Assembly: GCA_036522615.1 (NCBI GenBank)
Contig: DATDFN010000084.1
Location: 1 to 24,000 of the forward strand
DNA length: 24,000 bases
Direction: 5' to 3'
Source of the DNA: Candidatus Binatia bacterium
GTDB taxonomy: Bacteria; Desulfobacterota; Binatia; UBA9968
The position numbers and the translations under genes are program-made. The notes under the pieces were generated by a model. It was not told the origin of the DNA and did not search any database. It saw only the letters and a program-made list of their open reading frames with translations. Below are positions 16,679-24,000 of this stretch, in pieces (the stretch's first letter is position 1; each line of letters opens with the position of its first letter).

Positions 16679-17782
16679 ATGACCATGATTATTGATCTGG
16701 ATTCCCATCTGCGGGACGGCTATTTTCTCGACGAGATTTACAAGCTCGAAGGCGCCTACGCCAAGCTCACGCCGGTGCCGATCGGCAGCGGGCAAGGCCA
16801 CAAGAAAAAATTCATCCATTCGCTCGATCCGATCAGCCCGCAGGGCCGCGCGGCGCACAGCCATCCTTATATATACGATCCCGATTCCGGCTGGCGCGGC
16901 GGGGAAGTCGCGGCGCGGCAGGTCGCGGGCTACGACATGCAGGCGCGCCGCGAAGGCGTTAAAAAAGAGGGCATCCAGAAGCAGATCATCTTCCCGACGC
17001 AGATCAGCATCGCAACGCAGAACATCGGACCGCTCGGCGCACAGCTCGCCCGCTGCTACAACAACTGGGTCGCGAAGCTCGTGAAGGGCAATGAAGATCT
17101 GTTCCTTCCCGTCGCCATGGCTCCGGCCGGATGCCCCGAGGCGATGGCGGAGGAGCTTAGACGCTGCGTGAAAGAGCTCGGCTTCAAGGCGGGCCACCTC
17201 GTGCCTTATTGCGGCACGCGCAATCTCGACAGCTCGGATTATTATCCGTATTACCAGGCGGCCGAGGAGCTGAACGTCCCGCTCTTCTGCCACCCGAACA
17301 GCAACGGCGACCTCGTCGACCGGTTCGACAATTTCTACAAGACTCACGTCCTCGGCCGGCCGATGAACTGCACGCCGGCGCTGATCGCGCTCGTTCTGGG
17401 CGGGATCTTCGAGAAATTCCCCAAGCTCAAGGTCGCCTTCTTCGAGTGCAGCGCGGAGTTCCCGCTCTACTGGATGCACCGCATGGACGACGACTGGGAC
17501 TGGGCGCAGGATTTCCCGCAGCTCACGGGCGCTCTCAAGATGGGGCCGCCGTCGGAGTATGTGCGCCGCAACTGCTACTTCACTTGCGAGGCGGACGAGA
17601 AGGATTTCGCCCGTCCGATCGCCGAAGTCGGCGAGGACCATATCCTGATGGCGACGGACTACCCGCATTTCGACTCGGAATATCCGCACACCGTGTCGGG
17701 CATTCGCGAGCGCAACGATCTCACGGCGCGGCAGAAGGACAAGATTCTCGGCGAGAACGCCGCGCGCCTGCTCAACCTCTAA
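16679..17782 (+). CDS. Amidohydrolase_2 family metal-dependent enzyme (ACMSD/LigW-type decarboxylase/hydrolase fold), copy 1
   Basis: It has N-terminal IIDLDSH (D-x-H at the first ligand pair), internal LFCHPN, and C-terminal ILMATDYPHFD (the metal Asp motif of the family). Length and layout fit the PF04909-type TIM barrel. Confidence 0.8.
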   Translation: MTMIIDLDSHLRDGYFLDEIYKLEGAYAKLTPVPIGSGQGHKKKFIHSLDPISPQGRAAHSHPYIYDPDSGWRGGEVAARQVAGYDMQARREGVKKEGIQKQIIFPTQISIATQNIGPLGAQLARCYNNWVAKLVKGNEDLFLPVAMAPAGCPEAMAEELRRCVKELGFKAGHLVPYCGTRNLDSSDYYPYYQAAEELNVPLFCHPNSNGDLVDRFDNFYKTHVLGRPMNCTPALIALVLGGIFEKFPKLKVAFFECSAEFPLYWMHRMDDDWDWAQDFPQLTGALKMGPPSEYVRRNCYFTCEADEKDFARPIAEVGEDHILMATDYPHFDSEYPHTVSGIRERNDLTARQKDKILGENAARLLNL

Positions 17783-17787
17783 GGCCG

Positions 17788-18801
17788 ATGCGCGTTGCGC
17801 TTGCGATCGTCTGTGCTTGCCTTGTCTGGAGTCAGGCCGAGGCGCGCGCGGCTTCGGCTCCGGGGAAGATCGTCATCGCCCACGCGGCGATGAACGCGCG
17901 CGTCGCGCCGCTGTGGATCGCCGAGGACCACGGCTTTTTCGCCAAGTACGGCACTCCGGCCAGCACGATCTTCATCCGCCAGGCGCCGATACTCGTCGCA
18001 GCGCTCACCGCAGGTGATGTGAAAGTCGGCTACAGCGGCGGCAGCTCGGTTCTCGCGGCAGTCATGGGCGGGGCCGATCTCAAGATGATCGCGACGCTCA
18101 CGAACCGGCTCGGCTACGATCTGGTGGCCGCACCATCGATCAAAAATCCCAAAGACCTCCGCGGCAAGCGCTTCGGCGTGCAGAGCATCGGCGGGACGCT
18201 GTGGATGGCCGGCATGCTCGGACTCGAGCACGTCGGCATCGATCCTGTGCGCGACGAAGTCAAGGTGCTCGTCATCGGCGACCAGACCGTCTTGGCGCAG
18301 GCTCTGGAAGCCGGGCACATCGACGCGACGATATTGGACGGCGTCTTCAGCCGTCGTTTGAAACAAAAAGGCTTTACGATTCTCTCCGAGCTCTACGACA
18401 GCGGCATTCCGTTTTCCGGCCAGGCCCTTGTCGTGCGCGCGCCGTATCTGCAGGAACAGCGCGCAACGCTGGAAGGGATTCTTAAAGGGCTGCTTGAAGG
18501 CATCGCGTTCACCCTTGCGCCGAAAAACAAGCCGCAGGTCATCGCCACGTTCAGCAAGCGGCTCAAGCTGTCAGACCCTTCCGTAGCCGAGGAAGGGTAT
18601 CTGGATATCATCAGGAACACCGATCGCGTGCCTTATGCCGGTCCCGACGGCCTGCGCAATATCCAGCGATTCATGAAGCTCAGGACGCCTGCGGCCGAGA
18701 AGATAAAGATCAACGAAGTTATCGACGATGGCATTCTCAAGGGGCTCGAGCAGAGCGGCTTCGTCGCCCGCCTTTACGAGAGCTACGGAATGAAGAACTG
18801 A
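17788..18801 (+). CDS. Secreted NMT1/THI5-like substrate-binding protein, paralog 4
   Basis: The start is at ATG 17788 (M194 of the 17209 ORF, whose upstream part lies inside the amidohydrolase gene in another frame). It has a signal peptide MRVALAIVCACLVWSQAEA/RA. Blocks include GKRFGVQSIGGT and ALEAGHIDATIL. Confidence 0.82.
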   Translation: MRVALAIVCACLVWSQAEARAASAPGKIVIAHAAMNARVAPLWIAEDHGFFAKYGTPASTIFIRQAPILVAALTAGDVKVGYSGGSSVLAAVMGGADLKMIATLTNRLGYDLVAAPSIKNPKDLRGKRFGVQSIGGTLWMAGMLGLEHVGIDPVRDEVKVLVIGDQTVLAQALEAGHIDATILDGVFSRRLKQKGFTILSELYDSGIPFSGQALVVRAPYLQEQRATLEGILKGLLEGIAFTLAPKNKPQVIATFSKRLKLSDPSVAEEGYLDIIRNTDRVPYAGPDGLRNIQRFMKLRTPAAEKIKINEVIDDGILKGLEQSGFVARLYESYGMKN

Positions 18802-18814
18802 AAGGGAGAAAACC

Positions 18815-19927
18815 GTGTATATCGATGGCGACACCCATTACTGGCCAGTCCGTTTCATCGACCGCGTCTCGCATCCGGGCCGCGGCCATGTCGAGATCAA
18901 GGAAGACAACGGCAAATATATCCGCTTCGGCGAGCGCGTCGCCGGCAAGGTCGCGACGTACTACCGCGACGGGAACGTGGTGCACTCGTTCAAGGAAGGG
19001 CGCTGGAATCTCGATATCCGCCGCGAGTACATGAAGAAGGACGGCTTCGACCGCCAGGTACTCATCCCGGACAATCGCCAATTGATTTACGAGCTCGATC
19101 CCGAGCTCGGGCGGCAGCTCGCGCGCGCCTACAACGACACCGTCGCGGAGGACATCGCCGGACAGGAAGACTTTATCGGCGTCGCCTGGGTCTATCTTCC
19201 CGACGTGAAAGAGGCCGCGCGCGAGATCAGAAGGGCGGTCGAGGAGCTGGGACTGAAAGCCGTCAAATTATCCGGCGGCTATCAGAACGGCGATCTCGAC
19301 TCGGAAGTGCTGTGGCCGTTTTACGAAGAGGTCGCGCGCCTCGATATTCCCATACTCGTACATCCCGGCGCGCGCGTCTATGAGCACCAGCATAGCCACC
19401 CGTGGCTCATCGGCAGCGAGCGTTACGAGGGCTTCCCGCTTTTTCCCACCGCGCTGGGTTTTCCGTTGACGTACATGGTCACCGCCGCGCGGCTGATTTT
19501 CAGCGGCGCGTTGGATCGCTTCCCGTCGCTGCGGTTCGCCTTCTTCGAAGGCGGCATCGGATGGGTGCCCTGGCTGATGGCTACTCTCGACCACCACATG
19601 CCTTCGGAGGCGCCGGTCTCGACGGCGGTGATGCAATTCTTTAAGGGCGAGAGCAAGCTCAAGAAAATGCCGAGCGAATACTTCCGCCATTTCTACATCG
19701 CCGCCGTCGCGTGGGAGACGTACCTGCCGGAGATTGTCAAAGTCTGGCCCGATCACAACATTATTATCGGCAGCGACTTCGATCACGGCGACGCCATCTC
19801 GACGTGGCCGAATACCATCCGGCCGATCAAGGCGATGGCAAACCTGTCCGAGGAAGAGAAGGAAAATATCCTCGGTAAAAACCTCATGCGCCTATTCAAA
19901 ATGAACGGAGCGGCAGCGGCACGCTGA
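18815..19927 (+). CDS. Amidohydrolase_2 family metal-dependent enzyme, copy 2
   Basis: A GTG start follows SD GGGAG (18804-18808) by 6 nt. It has N-terminal YIDGDTH (D-x-H), ILVHPG, and C-terminal IIIGSDFDHGD. It is colinear with 16679-17782 at roughly 30% identity by eye. Confidence 0.8.
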   Translation: MYIDGDTHYWPVRFIDRVSHPGRGHVEIKEDNGKYIRFGERVAGKVATYYRDGNVVHSFKEGRWNLDIRREYMKKDGFDRQVLIPDNRQLIYELDPELGRQLARAYNDTVAEDIAGQEDFIGVAWVYLPDVKEAAREIRRAVEELGLKAVKLSGGYQNGDLDSEVLWPFYEEVARLDIPILVHPGARVYEHQHSHPWLIGSERYEGFPLFPTALGFPLTYMVTAARLIFSGALDRFPSLRFAFFEGGIGWVPWLMATLDHHMPSEAPVSTAVMQFFKGESKLKKMPSEYFRHFYIAAVAWETYLPEIVKVWPDHNIIIGSDFDHGDAISTWPNTIRPIKAMANLSEEEKENILGKNLMRLFKMNGAAAAR

Positions 19928-19985
19928 CGCGATCCGCCGCTCCCATTCCCCTTATCCGGCTACGGGTTCGCCTCGCTGCGTTTGA

Positions 19986-20015
19986 TTGACAACCTCGCGC
20001 AGCAGGATGTAGTTA
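19986..20015 (+). promoter_or_regulatory. Candidate sigma70-type promoter for the UbiD-family gene (TTGACA-N18-TAGTTA)
   Basis: A perfect -35 consensus TTGACA lies at 19986-19991 and an A/T-rich -10-like TAGTTA at 20010-20015. It sits in the only sizeable + strand gap (120 nt) of this region, and SD TAGGAGA (20036-42) lies downstream. This is a pattern match only and the -10 is poor. Confidence 0.35.
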
Positions 20016-20047
20016 GTTTATACATTTCGAACGCTTAGGAGAAGTTA

Positions 20048-21496
20048 ATGGCGAAAAGCTTGAGAACATTTCTGGAGGACTGCCGCCGAGAGATTCCAAA
20101 CGAAGTCGTTCACGTCGGCAAGGAAGTAGATCCGGCCCATTATGACGTGACGGCGATCATCAAACATCTCGGCGCCCAGAAAAAATTCCCCATTCTTGTA
20201 TTCGATAAGCCGCTCAACCTGCACGGAAAGCCCAGCAGCGACTTCAAACTCGTGATGAACTGCGAAATCTCACAGCGCAAGACGCAGATCGCCCTTGGCG
20301 TGCCGAAAGAGACGACGCGCGCGCAGATGGCCGAGGTCTGCCTCCAGCGCGAGGAGCAGCGCCTGCCGCCGACCATCGTCGACAGGAAACAGGCGCCGGT
20401 CAAAGAGGTCGTCAAGGCCGGCAAAGACGTCGATCTCTTCGAGCTGCCGATCATGCGGCATCACTACATGGACGGCGGCCCGTACATCGTGCTTTCCACG
20501 ATCACCAAAGACCGCAAATCCGGCACGTACAACGTCTCGTATCATCGCATGGAAGTGAAAGGAAAAAATACCACGGCGCTTTACGCCTCGCCGCGCCACC
20601 TGTGGAAGATTTACAAAGACTACGAAGCGAACAAGATGGAGACGCCGGTCGCGACCGTTCTAGGGCACCATCCCGCGTATCACATGGGCGCGTGCTATAC
20701 CGGCGGCTTCGACGTGAGCGAATACGAAGTCATCGGCGGTTATCTGCAGGAGCCGCTGCGTCTGACGCCGTCGGAGACCTACGGCGACGATCTCCTGATT
20801 CCGGCCGACGCCGAGATCGTGATCGAGGGCGCTTTGCTGCCCAGCAAGCGGGTCGTCGAAGGTCCGTTCGGCGAGGCGCCGGGCTACCTCGGCCCGCAGC
20901 GCTACACGACCTGCGTCGAGTACCAGGTGCGCGCGATCAATTACCGGAAAGGCGGCATGTACCAGTCGGTGATCACGCCGGAAGGGGACAAGCCGTGGAT
21001 GGACCTCCCGCGCGAGGGCGCTTATCTCCGCCGCTGCCGCGAGGCGGTGCCGGGTGTCACGGCGGTCTGCAAGTTCGGCCGGCATGCGCAGTACAACATT
21101 TTCATCGCGATGAAGAAGATGTCCGAGGGCGACCCCGGCCGCGCCGCCGCGGCGGCGCTCACGTTCGATCACGCGAAGAACGTCTTCGTCTTCGACGACG
21201 ATATCGACGTCTACGATCCGACCGATATCCTGTGGGCGCTCGCGACGCGGGTGCAGCCGCACGCGCAGATCTCGATCCTGCAGCCGCTTTTCCGCGGCAA
21301 TTTTCTCGACCCGTCGCTCATGGACGAGATCAAGACTTCCGGCATGATCGTCGACGCGACGCGGCCGCTCGACCGGCCGTTCTCGCCGGTGTCGAAGTGC
21401 CCGGACGATGCGATGGCGCGCGTCAAGCTCGAGGACTACATTCCCGGCGAGGTGCTGCAGCACATACCGACCGACCGCACCACCTACTGGGCGTAA
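20048..21496 (+). CDS. UbiD-family (prenylated-FMN-dependent) reversible decarboxylase, 482 aa
   Basis: The N-terminus LRTFLEDCRREIPNEVVHVGKEVDP is typical of the family. GTYNVSYHRMEV aligns with E. coli UbiD NLGIYRQQ (Asn and Arg retained). VEGPFGEAPGY matches EGPFGDHTGY / EGPFGE, which carries the catalytic Glu residues as I recall. Confidence 0.9.
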   Translation: MAKSLRTFLEDCRREIPNEVVHVGKEVDPAHYDVTAIIKHLGAQKKFPILVFDKPLNLHGKPSSDFKLVMNCEISQRKTQIALGVPKETTRAQMAEVCLQREEQRLPPTIVDRKQAPVKEVVKAGKDVDLFELPIMRHHYMDGGPYIVLSTITKDRKSGTYNVSYHRMEVKGKNTTALYASPRHLWKIYKDYEANKMETPVATVLGHHPAYHMGACYTGGFDVSEYEVIGGYLQEPLRLTPSETYGDDLLIPADAEIVIEGALLPSKRVVEGPFGEAPGYLGPQRYTTCVEYQVRAINYRKGGMYQSVITPEGDKPWMDLPREGAYLRRCREAVPGVTAVCKFGRHAQYNIFIAMKKMSEGDPGRAAAAALTFDHAKNVFVFDDDIDVYDPTDILWALATRVQPHAQISILQPLFRGNFLDPSLMDEIKTSGMIVDATRPLDRPFSPVSKCPDDAMARVKLEDYIPGEVLQHIPTDRTTYWA

Positions 21497-21505
21497 GAGG
21501 GAGTC

Positions 21506-21652
21506 ATGGGGCAAACGATCGAAATCACCTGTCCGAACTGTCAGAAAGTCTTCGTCGCCAATCCGCACATGCTGGGCTCGGGAATGAATTTCCACTGCCC
21601 GTTCTGCGACACGTACTTTCCGGAAAAAGACAGCCCGAAGATTCGTAAATAG
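21506..21652 (+). CDS. 48-aa zinc-ribbon protein (MJ0042-like CPxC...CPxC), not in the supplied ORF track
   Basis: I translated it by hand as MGQTIEITCPNCQKVFVANPHMLGSGMNFHCPFCDTYFPEKDSPKIRK*. SD GAGG (21497-21500) sits 5 nt before the ATG, and the start is 9 nt after the UbiD-family stop. Third-codon positions are G/C-rich like the flanking genes. The two CPxC pairs are 17 residues apart. Confidence 0.6.
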   Translation: MGQTIEITCPNCQKVFVANPHMLGSGMNFHCPFCDTYFPEKDSPKIRK

Positions 21653-21680
21653 CGGCGCTCCGCAACGGAAGGTAACATTC

Positions 21681-23981
21681 GTGCAACGAAAGCGGACTTT
21701 GAAAGTCGCCGGCCGCTCGGTTCCGCGCGTCGACGGCGCGGAAAAAACGACCGGCGCCGCGGTATACACCGGGGATGTCGATCTGCCGGGCATGGGCTAT
21801 GCCAAAATCCTGCGCAGCCCGCTGCCGCACGCGAAGATCGTCAATATCGACGCGCGTAAGGCGGAGAAGTTGCCCGGCGTTTTCACCGTCCTCACACGCG
21901 ACGATCTCGGCTCGTTTAACTCGCGCTACGGCGCCATCTACAAAGACCAGTCCATCGTCGCGGCTGATAAAGTGCGCTACGCCGGCGATCCCGTCGCCGC
22001 CGTGCTGGCTGCCGACGACATGACCGCCGAGGAAGCGCTGAGCCTCATCGACGTCGAATACGAGGATCTGCCGGCGGTGACCGAAATCGAGGAAGCGATC
22101 GCCGAAGGCGCCCCGCTCGTGCACGACCAGTGGTTCGGAAAGGCCGAGCTGCGGGGCTCGAGCTACGGCGCGCCGGACCGCTTCAAAGGCACGAACGTCT
22201 GCTCGCATTTCGGCTACGCGCGCGGCGATGTCGCGAAAACATTTCAGAAAGCCGCGCACGTATTCGAGGACACTTTCCGTTTTCCCAAGGTGCAGCATTA
22301 TTCTCTCGAGCCGCACGTTATGGTAGCGCACTTCGAGCAAGGACATCTGACGATGTGGACCGCGTGCCAGGATCCATTCGGCCTGCGCGATCACCTCGCA
22401 TCGATCTTCAGCCTGCCGCTCAGCCGCGTGCGCATCATCGTGCCGTACGTCGGCGGCGGCTACGGCGGCAAGCTTTACGTCAAGGCGGAGCCGATCGCGA
22501 CGGCGCTTTCCTGGAAGGCGCGCCGGCCGGTGAAGCTCGTGATGAGCGTGAGCGAAAGCTTCAAGACCGTCACGCGCCATCCGGCGCGCATCAGGATCAA
22601 GAGCGCAGTCGCTAAAGACGGCCGCCTGCTCGCGCGCGAGTGCGAGATTTACATGAACACCGGCGCCTACGCCGACGCCGGCCCGCGCGTGACGCAGAAG
22701 GCGGGGTATCGCGCGCTCGGGCCGTACCGGATTCCCGACGCGAAGATCGACGCCTACTGCGTCTACACGAATACCGTTCCCGCCGGCGCGTTCCGCGGCT
22801 TCGGCGCGGTGCAGGTCGCGTGGGCCTACGAGTCGCACACCGACTTGATCGCCGAGCGGCTCGGCATGGATCCGGTCGAGTTCCGTCTCAAAAATATGCT
22901 GAAGAAGGGCGAGGAATATACGCCCGGCGATACGCCGGTCGATTGCGATCTCAAAGAAGGGTTGCTCAAGGTCGCCGGCGCACTCGACTGGAAGACGAAA
23001 TCGAAGCCGAACGTCGGAAAGGGCATCAGCGTCTGTCTCAAGGACGCGGGCGGCACGTTCAAGATCGCCGGCGCGACCGTGAAAATGTCCTCCGACGGCA
23101 GCGTCGTTCTTTTGACCGGCACGGTGGAGGTCGGCCAGGGCTCGAAGACTGCGCTGTCGCAGGTCGTCGCCGAGGAGCTGGCCCTAGCGCTCGATCGCGT
23201 CTCGGTCGCGCAACTGGATACCGACACGACCCCCTACGACGTGTCGACGAGCGCCAGCAGCTCGATGACCGTCATGGGGCTCGCCGTCAAGCGCGCCGCC
23301 GAGGAAGCGAGAAAACAATTGCTCGACGCGGCGGCACAAGTATTAGGCTGCAAGCCGAATGAGCTCAAGCTCGCCAACGGCAAGGTGACCGGAAAGCGGA
23401 GAAAGGATCTTTCGTACGGCGGCGTGATCACGGAATTCTTCGGCAGCAAAGCGGGCGAGATTATCGGCCGCGGGGTGTATCGCGATCTCAAAACCAAGAA
23501 GGCTGCGCTCGGCGCGACCACCACATTCTGGGAAGTCGGCTGGGGCGGCGCGGAGGTCGAGGTCGATCGCGACACCGGCGCGATTCGCTTGAAAAAGTAC
23601 GTCTCGGTTGCCGACGTGGGCAGGGCGATCCATCCGATTCAATGCGAGGGTCAGGACGAGGGCGGCGTCCTCTTCGGGCTCGGGCACACCCTGTTCGAAC
23701 AAATGGTCTATGAAGACGGGCAGCTCTTGAACCCGAACCTCGTCGACTACCGCGTGCCGAACTTCGGCGACCTACCGGAAAACTTCTCTTCGTCGCTGAT
23801 TGAAAACGGGAACGGCCCGGGGCCGTTCGGCGCCAAGGGCATGGGTGAGGGCGGGCTCCTGCCGGTGGCTTCGGCAATCGCGAATGCGATCGCGCGCGCG
23901 GTCGGGGTGCGTTTCTACGAGTTGCCGATCACTTCGGAAAAACTCTGGCGCTCTCTGCAATCGGCAAAGAAGCCGCGCTAA
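21681..23981 (+). CDS. Xanthine dehydrogenase / aldehyde oxidase family molybdopterin-binding large subunit, 766 aa
   Basis: A GTG start follows GGAAGG (21667-21672) by 8 nt. The N-terminus is VPRVDGAEKTTGAAVYTGD. VPYVGGGYGGK corresponds to the GGGFGGK block. The C-terminal FGAKGMGEGG carries the catalytic Glu block of the family. No 2Fe-2S or FAD subunit gene lies upstream, so these may lie beyond the window end. Confidence 0.9.
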   Translation: MQRKRTLKVAGRSVPRVDGAEKTTGAAVYTGDVDLPGMGYAKILRSPLPHAKIVNIDARKAEKLPGVFTVLTRDDLGSFNSRYGAIYKDQSIVAADKVRYAGDPVAAVLAADDMTAEEALSLIDVEYEDLPAVTEIEEAIAEGAPLVHDQWFGKAELRGSSYGAPDRFKGTNVCSHFGYARGDVAKTFQKAAHVFEDTFRFPKVQHYSLEPHVMVAHFEQGHLTMWTACQDPFGLRDHLASIFSLPLSRVRIIVPYVGGGYGGKLYVKAEPIATALSWKARRPVKLVMSVSESFKTVTRHPARIRIKSAVAKDGRLLARECEIYMNTGAYADAGPRVTQKAGYRALGPYRIPDAKIDAYCVYTNTVPAGAFRGFGAVQVAWAYESHTDLIAERLGMDPVEFRLKNMLKKGEEYTPGDTPVDCDLKEGLLKVAGALDWKTKSKPNVGKGISVCLKDAGGTFKIAGATVKMSSDGSVVLLTGTVEVGQGSKTALSQVVAEELALALDRVSVAQLDTDTTPYDVSTSASSSMTVMGLAVKRAAEEARKQLLDAAAQVLGCKPNELKLANGKVTGKRRKDLSYGGVITEFFGSKAGEIIGRGVYRDLKTKKAALGATTTFWEVGWGGAEVEVDRDTGAIRLKKYVSVADVGRAIHPIQCEGQDEGGVLFGLGHTLFEQMVYEDGQLLNPNLVDYRVPNFGDLPENFSSSLIENGNGPGPFGAKGMGEGGLLPVASAIANAIARAVGVRFYELPITSEKLWRSLQSAKKPR

Positions 23982-24000
23982 GTTTTCGCGGCGCTTTGCT

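Noticed and set aside
20602-21648. A 348-aa + strand ORF overlaps the UbiD-family gene and the small zinc-ribbon ORF in another frame.
   Set aside because: It has an extremely Arg/Gly/Pro-rich, low-complexity translation. It is embedded in a gene with clear UbiD motifs, so it is an alternative-frame artefact.

Overview
This is a GC-rich, densely coding bacterial chromosomal segment. I recognised no rRNA, tRNA, CRISPR array, transposase or integrase. All family calls are by-eye motif recognition, not database searches.

Layout:
(i) A + strand operon-like run (431-8839) holds a VOC protein, then a tandemly duplicated three-gene module, then cydAB (short cytochrome bd oxidase) and an SDR that lacks the catalytic Tyr. 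The module is a secreted NMT1-type binding protein plus two PqqC/CADD-like heme-oxygenase-fold proteins, present twice.
(ii) A rhomboid protease follows.
(iii) A - strand LysR regulator faces a 415-nt AT-rich island. The island carries repeated ATCATTG(TC) motifs and a small FmdB-like zinc-ribbon ORF.
(iv) A - strand Dpp/Opp-like binder and two permeases have no ATPase genes.
(v) A + strand run (14658-19927) holds an M19 dipeptidase, then a secreted NMT1-type binder plus an amidohydrolase_2 enzyme, present twice.
(vi) Last come a UbiD-family decarboxylase, a 48-aa zinc-ribbon ORF absent from the supplied ORF track, and a molybdopterin-binding xanthine-dehydrogenase-family large subunit.

The best candidate for an undescribed system is the duplicated binder plus heme-oxygenase-fold module at 812-5607. 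All four heme-oxygenase-fold paralogs keep a complete CADD-like D/H/E/H/D/H putative di-metal ligand set. The binder genes overlap the first enzyme gene in both copies. There is no PQQ, thiamin, folate or transporter context. The cluster runs straight into cydAB.
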